Part shown: in pieces, positions 7,447-16,539 of the stretch
Layout: every line of letters begins with the position of its first letter
Position numbering within the stretch: position 1 is the first letter of the stretch
From: a virus
Taxonomy: Duplodnaviria; Heunggongvirae; Uroviricota; Caudoviricetes
DNA: 64,000 nucleotides
Reading direction: 5' to 3' (one strand)
Virus record (IMG/VR): IMGVR_UViG_3300042892_003817
Notes under the pieces: generated by a model
The model's database searches: none
Told to the model about the DNA's origin: nothing
The model's input: the letters and a program-made list of their open reading frames with translations, nothing else
Translations under genes and position numbers: made by a program

Positions 7447-8445
7447 TTAGTTGCTATACCCTAGTCTAGTAATATAGTAAGAAGAAACTCCACCCGATAC
7501 AGGTGTATTAATTGTAATTGTCTGTACCCCTGGAAATGTTGCTTTCAGGTTTGTTGTACTTGCATTAATTGTACTCCATTGAGTTGTTGTAAATATTCTA
7601 CTGTCTGGAGGGGATGCTGGAAAGGATGTAAATATTCCGTTTCTTCTAGCAAATATTGAATAAGTATCTGATATTGTTACTCTACCATCATTATTAACAT
7701 CAAATCTAAAATAGTCTCTACTCTTTAAAGCCAGTGATCCTAGAGTTACAGTGTTTGAAATCTGTGCATCACTTATTTGCAATGTAGGTAGGGTTGGAGG
7801 AGTAAAAGTTATGTAATATTCTACAGAAGGATTTGTTGGTGTTGAAAATACATATCTCCCTGTTACATCTGTTGTTGCTGTTGTTACCAAAGTCCAGGGT
7901 GTAAAAGTCACTATATAGTCAAATTCTAATACATACGGTAAAGATGTATTTGGTAAATCATTCCATTTACCGTTTCCTACAAATTGAGTATAATCTTCAT
8001 TATTTGAATTATTAGGTTCTCCTGAGTTCCAGTTTCCCCAAGTGTACGGCTCTCCTGTTACCCATCTCCATTGGCCTTCTACTACTTCATCTGTTAATCC
8101 TATCCATCCATCAGACCATAAGTTAAATATAAAGTTATTTTCAGCTGCTGTAGTTACAGTTACTAAATATCCTCCCATATTAGCACAAGCCTGTCTTGCA
8201 GCTGTCCATGTCATTGAACTTGTTGATCTATAATAGGAATGTCCGTTATAATTTTGCTGGTTTGTAAATCCTGTTAAAGTAGGTGTTGTTCTACTATATA
8301 ACTGCACCTGTACTCCTTGTATACCTGTAGCGTTTGATCCATAGATATAACCAGAGTGCGTAAAGGTTTGACCGTACGTAGATAAAATACCCCCTAGTAT
8401 TAGTAGAGGGTATAACATTTTTACTATTTTGGCTAATATATTCAT
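7447..8445 (-). CDS. Exported C-type lectin domain protein with dockerin-like domain
   Basis: TW..A...C...GGYLV, WIGL, W.W..G, EPN and WND motifs of CTLD; DVNNDGRVTISD dockerin-type Ca2+ loop. Confidence 0.88.
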   Translation of the reverse strand: MNILAKIVKMLYPLLILGGILSTYGQTFTHSGYIYGSNATGIQGVQVQLYSRTTPTLTGFTNQQNYNGHSYYRSTSSMTWTAARQACANMGGYLVTVTTAAENNFIFNLWSDGWIGLTDEVVEGQWRWVTGEPYTWGNWNSGEPNNSNNEDYTQFVGNGKWNDLPNTSLPYVLEFDYIVTFTPWTLVTTATTDVTGRYVFSTPTNPSVEYYITFTPPTLPTLQISDAQISNTVTLGSLALKSRDYFRFDVNNDGRVTISDTYSIFARRNGIFTSFPASPPDSRIFTTTQWSTINASTTNLKATFPGVQTITINTPVSGGVSSYYITRLGYSN

Positions 8446-8458
8446 TTCATATAAATAG

Positions 8459-8914
8459 CTATTCTTCCGTGATCTCTACTCGGTTTCCATCTACTGCAAT
8501 TTCATGCCAGTGAACTCTTCCTTCTTGAATTGCTTTTTTAATATTCTTTTGTTTTCCCATTAAAAATGCATTTCCTGATTTTACTTCAATGAAATGTACC
8601 TCACATTTGGTTTTACTCTCTGTGTTAGTAAACCCTACATAGTCGATTGGCATTCCTAGGAATACTACATCTTCTGCCGGTATAGGGAACTTTGTCATAA
8701 ACGGAACAAAGTGTTCAATTGTTTTACCCCAGTTAACTGCTGAAGATCTAAATGTTGAATCTTTTTTTACTTTTGCTTTCTCAATTATATGAGCTGCAGC
8801 TGTTTCTTCAATTTGTTTTCTCAATTGCGCTACTTCTTCTACATAGTCTTTTAGCTTTACTGTTAGTAGAAAAATTACAACTGCTAGAAATAGTGAAATA
8901 ATTAATAGTGTCAT
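8459..8914 (-). CDS. Membrane-anchored Holliday-junction-resolvase-like PD-(D/E)xK endonuclease
   Basis: N-terminal TM helix; G...EH..PF, FLG.PIDY..F, FIEVKSG motifs. Confidence 0.75.
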   Translation of the reverse strand: MTLLIISLFLAVVIFLLTVKLKDYVEEVAQLRKQIEETAAAHIIEKAKVKKDSTFRSSAVNWGKTIEHFVPFMTKFPIPAEDVVFLGMPIDYVGFTNTESKTKCEVHFIEVKSGNAFLMGKQKNIKKAIQEGRVHWHEIAVDGNRVEITEE

Positions 8915-8925
8915 ATTTTTATTTT

Positions 8926-10635
8926 TTATCCATCACAGCTTAAACAGTCTTCAGAAGTTCTACTTCCAATATCTCCGTTTATGACAGAATCGGTTCTTAG
9001 ATAATATAACGTTTTTAATCCAAGTTTCCAAGCTGTCTGGTGAACAAGGTTTATAAATTTAGGACTATCTCCCGGATCGAATGCTAAGTTTAATGATTGA
9101 GCCTGGTCAACATACTTCTGTCTTACTGAAGCCTGTTCTACTAAAGCCAATTGATTTATTTCTGCAAATGTTAAGAATACTTCTTTATCGTCAAACGGCA
9201 TAATGTCTTCAGGTAGATTTGCAATTGATCCTCTATCTTTTAAAATTTGTTGCCATACCTCTTCTGTATTATGTCCTTTGTCTTCTAAATACTTTTCTAA
9301 TACTGGATTCTTTCTAATAAAAGTTCCTTTAGATGAATTAAAAGTATAAACGTTTGCTGGAATTGGTTCAATACCTGCTGATACTCCTCCTGAGATTGTT
9401 GAATTGGATACTGTTGGAGCAATAGCAATTAAATGCGTATTTCTCATTCCTGTTCCTTTACACCAGATTGGTTCACCATACTCTTCAGCTAATTTTCTAG
9501 AAGCTGCTTCTGCTTGTGTTTTAATCTGTGCAAATATTCTATTTGTCCAAGAAGTAGATGCGATTGAATTAAATGGTAATCCTTTTGATTGTAAGAATGA
9601 ATGCCATCCTAATACTCCTAATCCTAATGCTCTTCCTTTTTTAGCAGAACGGTGTGCTCTAATCATAGAATCTTTACCATTTGTCTTAACTAAAAATTCT
9701 TCTAATACTCCGTCTAAGAAATAGATTGCTGTTTCAACTAAGTCAGTATCTTTCCACTCATCGTATCTTGTAATATTCAAAGAAGATAAACAACAAACAA
9801 ATGAATGCTCTTCGTCAGTATGTAATGCAATCTCTGAACAGATATTAGTCATTGTTACATCTAAGTTGTTTTTTACGTATGCCTGTGGATTAGCGTTGTT
9901 AACGTTATCCTTAAACATAAGATAAGGCTCTCCTGTCTCAACTCTTGACTTTAAAATCTCAACCCATAATTCCATTGCCTCTGGATCTCTATGCTCTAAT
10001 CTCTGCATAAACTTATCATCAATAGAAACACATTGGTGTAAATTTAAACACTGACGGTTTGGATCTCCTTGAGGTCTTCTAATACGTAAAAACTCTTTTA
10101 TGTCTTCGTGATTAATATCTAAGTTTACAGAAGCTGCTCCTCTACGAACTGATCCTTGATTTGTAGCAATGATAGTTGAATCATAGATCTTAGCCCAAGG
10201 CACAATTCCTTCTGAGTTACCTGTATCGCCATTTGCGATCTTCTTTCCTCTTCCTCTAACTCTTCCTAATCCAATTCCAACTCCTCCTCCTAAAGAAGTA
10301 AGTCTCATTAGTTCTGCATTAGTTAATCCTATACCTCTGATTGAATCAGGAGTATCTATACCGAAACATGAGATTGGAAGTCCTTTGTCAGTTCCAGTGT
10401 TTGATAATACAGGTGAAGCTAGGTTTAACCAACCCTTCCACATGTACTTGTAAAATTTATTTGCTAGATCAGGACGATCTAATCTCTTAGCTACTGCATC
10501 AGCAACTCTTTTGTAAGCTTTCTTTGGATTTTCATCAGGTAATAAATAACCATTTGAAATTGTAGCCAAAGATACTTCATTCATCCATTCCGGATAATCT
10601 ACACCTGGTTTCCAGGTACTGTAATCTACTCCCAT
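8926..10635 (-). CDS. nrdA: Class I ribonucleotide reductase alpha subunit (no ATP cone)
   Basis: SPVLSN, SCF, GGGVG, TNICSEI, IAPT.S, KTLYY, C-terminal CLSC. Confidence 0.96.
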   Translation of the reverse strand: MGVDYSTWKPGVDYPEWMNEVSLATISNGYLLPDENPKKAYKRVADAVAKRLDRPDLANKFYKYMWKGWLNLASPVLSNTGTDKGLPISCFGIDTPDSIRGIGLTNAELMRLTSLGGGVGIGLGRVRGRGKKIANGDTGNSEGIVPWAKIYDSTIIATNQGSVRRGAASVNLDINHEDIKEFLRIRRPQGDPNRQCLNLHQCVSIDDKFMQRLEHRDPEAMELWVEILKSRVETGEPYLMFKDNVNNANPQAYVKNNLDVTMTNICSEIALHTDEEHSFVCCLSSLNITRYDEWKDTDLVETAIYFLDGVLEEFLVKTNGKDSMIRAHRSAKKGRALGLGVLGWHSFLQSKGLPFNSIASTSWTNRIFAQIKTQAEAASRKLAEEYGEPIWCKGTGMRNTHLIAIAPTVSNSTISGGVSAGIEPIPANVYTFNSSKGTFIRKNPVLEKYLEDKGHNTEEVWQQILKDRGSIANLPEDIMPFDDKEVFLTFAEINQLALVEQASVRQKYVDQAQSLNLAFDPGDSPKFINLVHQTAWKLGLKTLYYLRTDSVINGDIGSRTSEDCLSCDG

Positions 10636-10644
10636 AAAATTAAA

Positions 10645-11622
10645 TTAAAATGCGTTGTCCCAATCCATATGCCCTTTAGCATAATTTGTTACTCTTGATG
10701 CGAAAAAATCTGTATGCTGTTTTCCTGCTACTACAGCATCAAACCATAACATTTGTTTTAAAGCTCCTTTATCGATTTGATCTGAAGGTATTAATGGTTT
10801 TAATCCTAAATCTCCCATCTTAGTATTTACTCTGTGTTTAATAAAGTTTTTTAGTTCGTTTTTAGATAAGTTTTCTAAATCTCCCATTTCAAATACTTTA
10901 TCAATAAAATTGAATTCTAATTCTAAAGCAAGCGTTGCCGCTTCTCTAATATCGTTGATAAGTCTTTCTGTTTTTAATTCTGGATATTCTTCCATTAAAG
11001 TTCTGAATAACCAACATCCTGCTTCTGAGTGAAGTGATTCATCTCTTACAGACCATTCAACTATCTGCCCTACTCCTTTTAGCTTGTTTCTCATTTTAAA
11101 TGATAACAATACTGCAAAAGAAGAGAATAAATTTACTCCTTCAGTAAATGCTGAGAATATTGCTAGAGATCTAGCTGCTTCATGCCAATCTGTTTCTCCT
11201 GCATTTCCATCTCTAACATCCATTAAAGATTGAATTTTAGCTGCAGTTGATTCGTCTTCTAAGAATTCTGCAAAATTATCTAATCCTAATTGTTCGTTTA
11301 GTAAAGCATATGCTTCAGCATGGATTGTTTCGAAAGCTCCAAAAGTAACTGCCATCATAATAACTTCTGGTTTTCTAAACCATTTTGTTACTAAAGATGT
11401 CCAGTAATCATTTACAACTGTTTCTGTTTGAGCAAAGCCTTTTAGGATTCCTCCTATAAGGTTTTTTTCGTGCGGTTTAAGGTTTGAATTCCAATCTGTT
11501 ACGTCTTGTGACATTGGAACTTCTGTATGTAACCAGTGCGCTTGGTGCGCTTTAAGCCAGTAATCGTGTGCTTGTGGGTATTCAAATGGTTTATAAACTA
11601 TGCGTTCGTCTTTTAGACTCAT
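10645..11622 (-). CDS. nrdB: Class I ribonucleotide reductase beta subunit
   Basis: W...EV...D, ETIH..AY, TEG..LF.SF, RDE.LH di-metal ligands. Confidence 0.96.
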   Translation of the reverse strand: MSLKDERIVYKPFEYPQAHDYWLKAHQAHWLHTEVPMSQDVTDWNSNLKPHEKNLIGGILKGFAQTETVVNDYWTSLVTKWFRKPEVIMMAVTFGAFETIHAEAYALLNEQLGLDNFAEFLEDESTAAKIQSLMDVRDGNAGETDWHEAARSLAIFSAFTEGVNLFSSFAVLLSFKMRNKLKGVGQIVEWSVRDESLHSEAGCWLFRTLMEEYPELKTERLINDIREAATLALELEFNFIDKVFEMGDLENLSKNELKNFIKHRVNTKMGDLGLKPLIPSDQIDKGALKQMLWFDAVVAGKQHTDFFASRVTNYAKGHMDWDNAF

Positions 11623-11676
11623 ATCGGCTTTTTTTAATATTTGTTATAGATTATGGCTGTAGAAATAAATAGGCTT

Positions 11677-13029
11677 TTATCCTGGAACTTGAGATTCTAA
11701 TTCGAAGAACTTATTGGCAATATCTTTGTAACTCCCTCTTGGTTTGTCACCTGATTCGTCGATTAACATGTGCCCTAAGATCTCAATATGTCCATTATTT
11801 GTATCAACTTTAGCATCCCAAGTCATACCGTCCATTCCATATCTGTTCTTCATTACGTGAATTCTTCCTGTTCCTAAAACTTTATCTTCTTTCATTCTCG
11901 ATAGAGATAAACAAACATCTGCTACCATCATCTTGTCGTAAGAACCTGCTGCTTTGTCTCCTTCAATAACAGAATCCTTAGCACCCATTCTATTAACTTG
12001 AGATGGTGTTAGAATAGGTATTTGAAGTTCCTTAGCTAATCCTTTCGTTGCAATGAATACGTCATCTATTTCATCTTTTCTCTCTGTGAAACGAGATTTC
12101 GAAGGTGCTTTTAAATAATCGACATAGTCAATAACAATCATATCTGGTTTGTGATCCATATCCATACATTTCTGAATATGAGATTTAATTGTATTAATTG
12201 AAGCTCCTTTTGGTGGATATTCCTTTACGATAAGTTTTCCTTTTAACTTACCTACAATTTTTTCTACTTCTCCTCTATGCTTATTTACTTCTTCAATTCC
12301 GTAACCTGTAAAGTAGCAGTCAAAGCGTTTACCTACATAATCCTCTCCAAGTTCTAAAGTATAGTAATTTACATTATAACCCATTAGTACTGCATGTGCT
12401 GCTGCTGCAACCATCGTCCAAGACTTTCCTCCTCCAGGGTTACCAAACATAATAATTAAATCTCCAGGTCCGAATCCTCCTCCAATAGTCTCATTCATAA
12501 TCGGCCAAGGTGTTGGAATAGTTGGTCTGTAGTTCTCTCTATAACGGCTCTCTACATCCTTATTATACTCATGACCCATATTCTTATCCATACCAGCTCT
12601 CATAGCTCTTTCAATCAATCCTCTGATTCCATCAAAGTCTCCTTGGTTTAAAAGATCTGCTGAGTTTAATAATGCTGCTTTAAGTTCTTGGTTCTTGGCA
12701 AAGGTAGTAAATTCTTCTACAACGTATGCTAAATCTTCCTGAGTTGCTTCATAACAATTTCTCAATTCTGATTTAACTGCTACTTGTAGAATATCATTCT
12801 CTACTTTCTGTAATTCGATTTTTAATGCCTCTAAAGAAATTGTAGTATGATACTTATCATAATACTTAATAGTAGTTTCTAGAATCCATTTGTGAGCATC
12901 TGAATCAAAATAATCTGGTCGTAATAAATCTCTTGTGTTAAGCAAGAATTTTTTGTCTGTTAATAATGCTCCCAATACTTTTAATTGGAACCCTTTTCCG
13001 TAAGAAGATAATTTTGCTAATGATGTCAT
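11677..13029 (-). CDS. DnaB/gp41-like replicative helicase
   Basis: Walker A GNPGGGKS, VIDYVD, SQVNR, KNRYG. Confidence 0.92.
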   Translation of the reverse strand: MTSLAKLSSYGKGFQLKVLGALLTDKKFLLNTRDLLRPDYFDSDAHKWILETTIKYYDKYHTTISLEALKIELQKVENDILQVAVKSELRNCYEATQEDLAYVVEEFTTFAKNQELKAALLNSADLLNQGDFDGIRGLIERAMRAGMDKNMGHEYNKDVESRYRENYRPTIPTPWPIMNETIGGGFGPGDLIIMFGNPGGGKSWTMVAAAAHAVLMGYNVNYYTLELGEDYVGKRFDCYFTGYGIEEVNKHRGEVEKIVGKLKGKLIVKEYPPKGASINTIKSHIQKCMDMDHKPDMIVIDYVDYLKAPSKSRFTERKDEIDDVFIATKGLAKELQIPILTPSQVNRMGAKDSVIEGDKAAGSYDKMMVADVCLSLSRMKEDKVLGTGRIHVMKNRYGMDGMTWDAKVDTNNGHIEILGHMLIDESGDKPRGSYKDIANKFFELESQVPG

Positions 13030-13049
13030 GTAACTTATTTTATTATAAC

Positions 13050-14072
13050 TTATTTTTTATATGTTGAAAGCGGTCTAAATATTTCAAGCCATCCTTCAAC
13101 GTTTTTGTTTAGAGCTTCGATTTGATCCGCCTCTAACATGTTTAAAAAAGTAACAACCTGTAGAGCAGGTATTGGCTCTCTTATCTTATCTAATATATGA
13201 ACTATTTCGTAATCTCCCAACCTTGGCTCTAAAAGATTCATTAATTCATAGTTAGTTTTTACTTTATTCCAATCATACAGTATTTGTGCAAATATTTTCT
13301 TAGTCTGTAATTTTTCTGTACAAATTTTATGAATATCTTTTAATTCAAATAAAGGATGCTTTACTAGTCCTGGAAATTCTTTTAGTAATGTCTTAGGTCC
13401 TAACCCTTTTATACCTGTCAGGTTGTCTGAGTTATCTCCTAGAAGTGCTTTCATGATTAAATAATTCGCAGGAAGTACTCCTACTTCTTCCTGTACCTCT
13501 TTTTTTCCATAGGTTTTTTTCTTAATAGGGGAATAAACTTCTATATTTTCGTCCACTATCTGTAAAAAATCTTTATCAGAAGAAACAATTGTTACCTTTT
13601 TACCATTAGCTCCAAATTTCTGAGCTAGATAGGATATAGTATCATCTGCTTCTATCTTATCAATAGAGATTAGAGTAAGAGGTAAACATTGTAGGTACTC
13701 AACCAATCGTCCCATTTGCATTGTCATGCTCTGGAATTCATCATCTTTATCATCGAATATTTCCCAATTGGTAATCCTCTTAATATTTCTATTTGCTTTG
13801 TATTCAGGATCAATACTCTTTCTACTTGAAGAGGAAGCTTGTCCGTCAAATACGCAAATGATTCTAGTAGGGTCAATTGTTCTATTTAGAAAACCCAGTG
13901 ACCTTAAAAAACCAACAAGACCACCAGTGTGATGGCCTTGTGGATTCATAGACTGTAGCATTGCAAAAGACCTTATAAAGGTATTCATACTATCTACAAT
14001 CAAAACATGGTCGTTTAGTTTCCTGTCTGGTTTTTTTTCGATTTTATTTAGGATGTCTAAATAATTACTCAT
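13050..14072 (-). CDS. 5'-3' exonuclease / T4 RNase H-like flap nuclease
   Basis: VDSMN, FDG, EADD, SSDKDFLQ, GDNSDN..G..G.GPKT. Confidence 0.92.
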   Translation of the reverse strand: MSNYLDILNKIEKKPDRKLNDHVLIVDSMNTFIRSFAMLQSMNPQGHHTGGLVGFLRSLGFLNRTIDPTRIICVFDGQASSSSRKSIDPEYKANRNIKRITNWEIFDDKDDEFQSMTMQMGRLVEYLQCLPLTLISIDKIEADDTISYLAQKFGANGKKVTIVSSDKDFLQIVDENIEVYSPIKKKTYGKKEVQEEVGVLPANYLIMKALLGDNSDNLTGIKGLGPKTLLKEFPGLVKHPLFELKDIHKICTEKLQTKKIFAQILYDWNKVKTNYELMNLLEPRLGDYEIVHILDKIREPIPALQVVTFLNMLEADQIEALNKNVEGWLEIFRPLSTYKK

Positions 14073-15144
14073 CGAGCATTTCCATATCGGTTCTTACATC
14101 TTCTCCTACTTCGGCTTCTATTGTTACTGTAAAGTCTGTTGACCCTAAAGTATTAGCCCAAGATCCTTTATGTGCGTCTTTATATGCATCAATTGCTTTC
14201 TTATCGTCTGCAATAAATCCATGACTTGTCATAATGATAGCTCCTCTTGACTGTACTCCATCGATATGATTCTTCTCTATCTGAACTTTTGTTCTTTTAG
14301 CAAATTCATATTCCTTTCCTTTGTTTACAGCTTTAATTTTAGAAGTACCTGAGTTGGTAATGTTTCCAAATGTAATGATGACTGTTGCGTCATACCACAT
14401 TGTCTTTCCTCCTTTATTCTCCAATCGAGGTTGACCCATTGGATGTTCAGGTTTTGCAGTCCAGACTTTGTTAATTGCTACTAGAGTATTTGTATACTTA
14501 CTTGCTTCTTTTCTTGATAACATAATCTTTTGATTTACGTTATTTCCAAATTGAGTAGACATTGCTCCGGCATTCCATTCATTATTATTCTTATTCGACC
14601 TTACTGATAAATCACTTGGAACTGATCCAACTGAATCCCATAAGAATAGTAGATCATAAGGAAGATTTCCTTTCTTCTGTTCATCGATTAAGTCTAATAT
14701 GTAAACTGCTACGTCTTCTATCGTGTTTAGAGTTCCTCTATCTGCGTATAAGAAAAATCCTTTGTAGTCAGTTATTTCTCCTGTCTCTTGATCAACTACT
14801 TCTTCAACTTGAAGACCCATCATTTGAGCATGAGGCCATGACCATTTCATCTCAGTAATAATGAATACTGGAAGTATCTGTTGCTTTTGTGCTTCAACGG
14901 CTGCTTCTAGTAATAGAGTAGTTTTACCTGTATCAGAATGTCCTCTTAAGAGAGTAATATGTCCCATAGGAATTCCTTTGAGAGATGTTACTTCAGTAAA
15001 AGCATCTGAGACTTTAATCCAGTCTTGTTCTTTAAATTTTACAGAAGAATTACTAAATCCTTTGTTTTTCTTAAAGTTATCAAGACTGAAACCGCCTTTG
15101 ATTATCTCGCTAGCGGTTTTAGGGGCTGTTTTTTTAACTGCCAT
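14065..15144 (-). CDS. uvsX: RecA/UvsX-like recombinase
   Basis: Walker A GHSDTGKT, LWDSVG, GGK..WY. Confidence 0.88.
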   Translation of the reverse strand: MAVKKTAPKTASEIIKGGFSLDNFKKNKGFSNSSVKFKEQDWIKVSDAFTEVTSLKGIPMGHITLLRGHSDTGKTTLLLEAAVEAQKQQILPVFIITEMKWSWPHAQMMGLQVEEVVDQETGEITDYKGFFLYADRGTLNTIEDVAVYILDLIDEQKKGNLPYDLLFLWDSVGSVPSDLSVRSNKNNNEWNAGAMSTQFGNNVNQKIMLSRKEASKYTNTLVAINKVWTAKPEHPMGQPRLENKGGKTMWYDATVIITFGNITNSGTSKIKAVNKGKEYEFAKRTKVQIEKNHIDGVQSRGAIIMTSHGFIADDKKAIDAYKDAHKGSWANTLGSTDFTVTIEAEVGEDVRTDMEMLDE

Positions 15145-15146
15145 TA

Positions 15147-15998
15147 TTAGTTAAATAATTCGTCAAATTTATTTACTGTACTTTTGTTACCCTCTACTGC
15201 AGTCTCTAAAGTGAAATCTGTTTTATGATTTCCTAAAGTTGCTGATAGATCAGTTTCTTCTGCCACTACTGCAACCGGAGTTGCTGGTGCAATTGATTCT
15301 GCTGGAATGTTTGCTGGTGTAGCAACTTCTTCTCCTGGGTTAAGGTACTCTTGTAATTTTTTCTTGATGTATTCGTAGTCGTACTGAGTTTGTACTTCTA
15401 AAGCATTTGGTTGTTCTTTTAACCACAAGTCAACTTTAGTATTATCATCTGACAATGTTGTTTGTTTAGGTTTAATACGAACTGTAGTTGTTGGGAATTG
15501 ACCTGGTCCTGCTGCTGGTGTATTTTCTACAACCATATCCCATCCGCTCATTACGTCTGTAAAATCTCCAATGTCTTCATCTTCTGCTAAAGCAAGTAAT
15601 GCTTTGTAGATGTTTACTCCGAATGACCAAAGACGAACTCCTTTTTCTTCTTCACCTCTTACAATAACAGGAGCAAAAAATCTTGACTTAGGAGATAACT
15701 TTCCAGATAATGACCAGTTGTCTTTATCAGAAGTCTTTCTTAACTCTTTTACAAATTCTTCGATTGGATCTTGTTTGCCGTAATTCGACAATGACATCAT
15801 AGGGAACTTCCCAATGTTGTAGTGCAGTTTCAATTCTGTGAAAGGATCTGCAGCATTAAAAGCTGAAGGAACGATTCTAATTGTTGATTTTCCGTTTGCA
15901 GGTCTCCAATAGATTTTGTCGAAGTCTACTTTTTCACGGTCTTGATTTCCGGTGCTGTTTAAAGCGGCCAGTTTAGCTTTGATAGCATTAATGTCCAT
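15147..15998 (-). CDS. gp32-like single-stranded DNA-binding protein
   Basis: YW.P..G...IRIVP, DP..E, acidic tail KFDELFN; position in replication cluster. Confidence 0.8.
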   Translation of the reverse strand: MDINAIKAKLAALNSTGNQDREKVDFDKIYWRPANGKSTIRIVPSAFNAADPFTELKLHYNIGKFPMMSLSNYGKQDPIEEFVKELRKTSDKDNWSLSGKLSPKSRFFAPVIVRGEEEKGVRLWSFGVNIYKALLALAEDEDIGDFTDVMSGWDMVVENTPAAGPGQFPTTTVRIKPKQTTLSDDNTKVDLWLKEQPNALEVQTQYDYEYIKKKLQEYLNPGEEVATPANIPAESIAPATPVAVVAEETDLSATLGNHKTDFTLETAVEGNKSTVNKFDELFN

Positions 15999-16033
15999 AA
16001 TGTAACTGATTTTTAATTAAAACTTTTATCTAT

Positions 16034-16064
16034 ATAATATAAGAAATATAATTGGATATTCCAA
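16034..16064 (-). promoter_or_regulatory. Bacteroidota sigma70-type promoter TTG-N20-TATATTAT
   Basis: TTG gaatatccaattatatttct TATATTAT upstream of SSB. Confidence 0.6.
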
Positions 16065-16520
16065 CTATAGTTCTATAATTCTAAATAATTTTGTGTTGAC
16101 TCTTTTTAGTTCTGCACCTTTTGTTAATAGTATGCAGTTTTGATAGTCATTCCAATCTACTTTAAAGCTTGTATCTAATACTCCTCCGTTTAAAGACTCT
16201 ATTAGACGATTTAGTGAATTGATTGTGTATAGGGTGTTTGATTCTTTTTTTCTATGTACTAAGATAGTATTTTCTAAGAAATTAGAAACGTTTCCAAATT
16301 CTACATTATATGTACAGATATATTCATCTTGGCTCTTTGAATAAAGAACGAAAATTTTGTTATAAATGATCTTGTATTTGGTCTGTATTGTACTTAATAT
16401 ACCTTCTAGTTGTTGTTCAGAAGAAAAAGTACAAAATAACTTATTGCTCATGTCGGCTGCATTAAAATTATACTCGATGTCATAATCGAATATTGTTGGC
16501 GCTACATTATTTTGTATCAT
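16065..16520 (-). CDS. Hypothetical protein in replication cluster
   Basis: 151-aa ORF; real start could be internal Met (MSNKLFCTF). Confidence 0.75.
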   Translation of the reverse strand: MIQNNVAPTIFDYDIEYNFNAADMSNKLFCTFSSEQQLEGILSTIQTKYKIIYNKIFVLYSKSQDEYICTYNVEFGNVSNFLENTILVHRKKESNTLYTINSLNRLIESLNGGVLDTSFKVDWNDYQNCILLTKGAELKRVNTKLFRIIEL

Positions 16521-16539
16521 TTATAAATAGGTTTTTATT

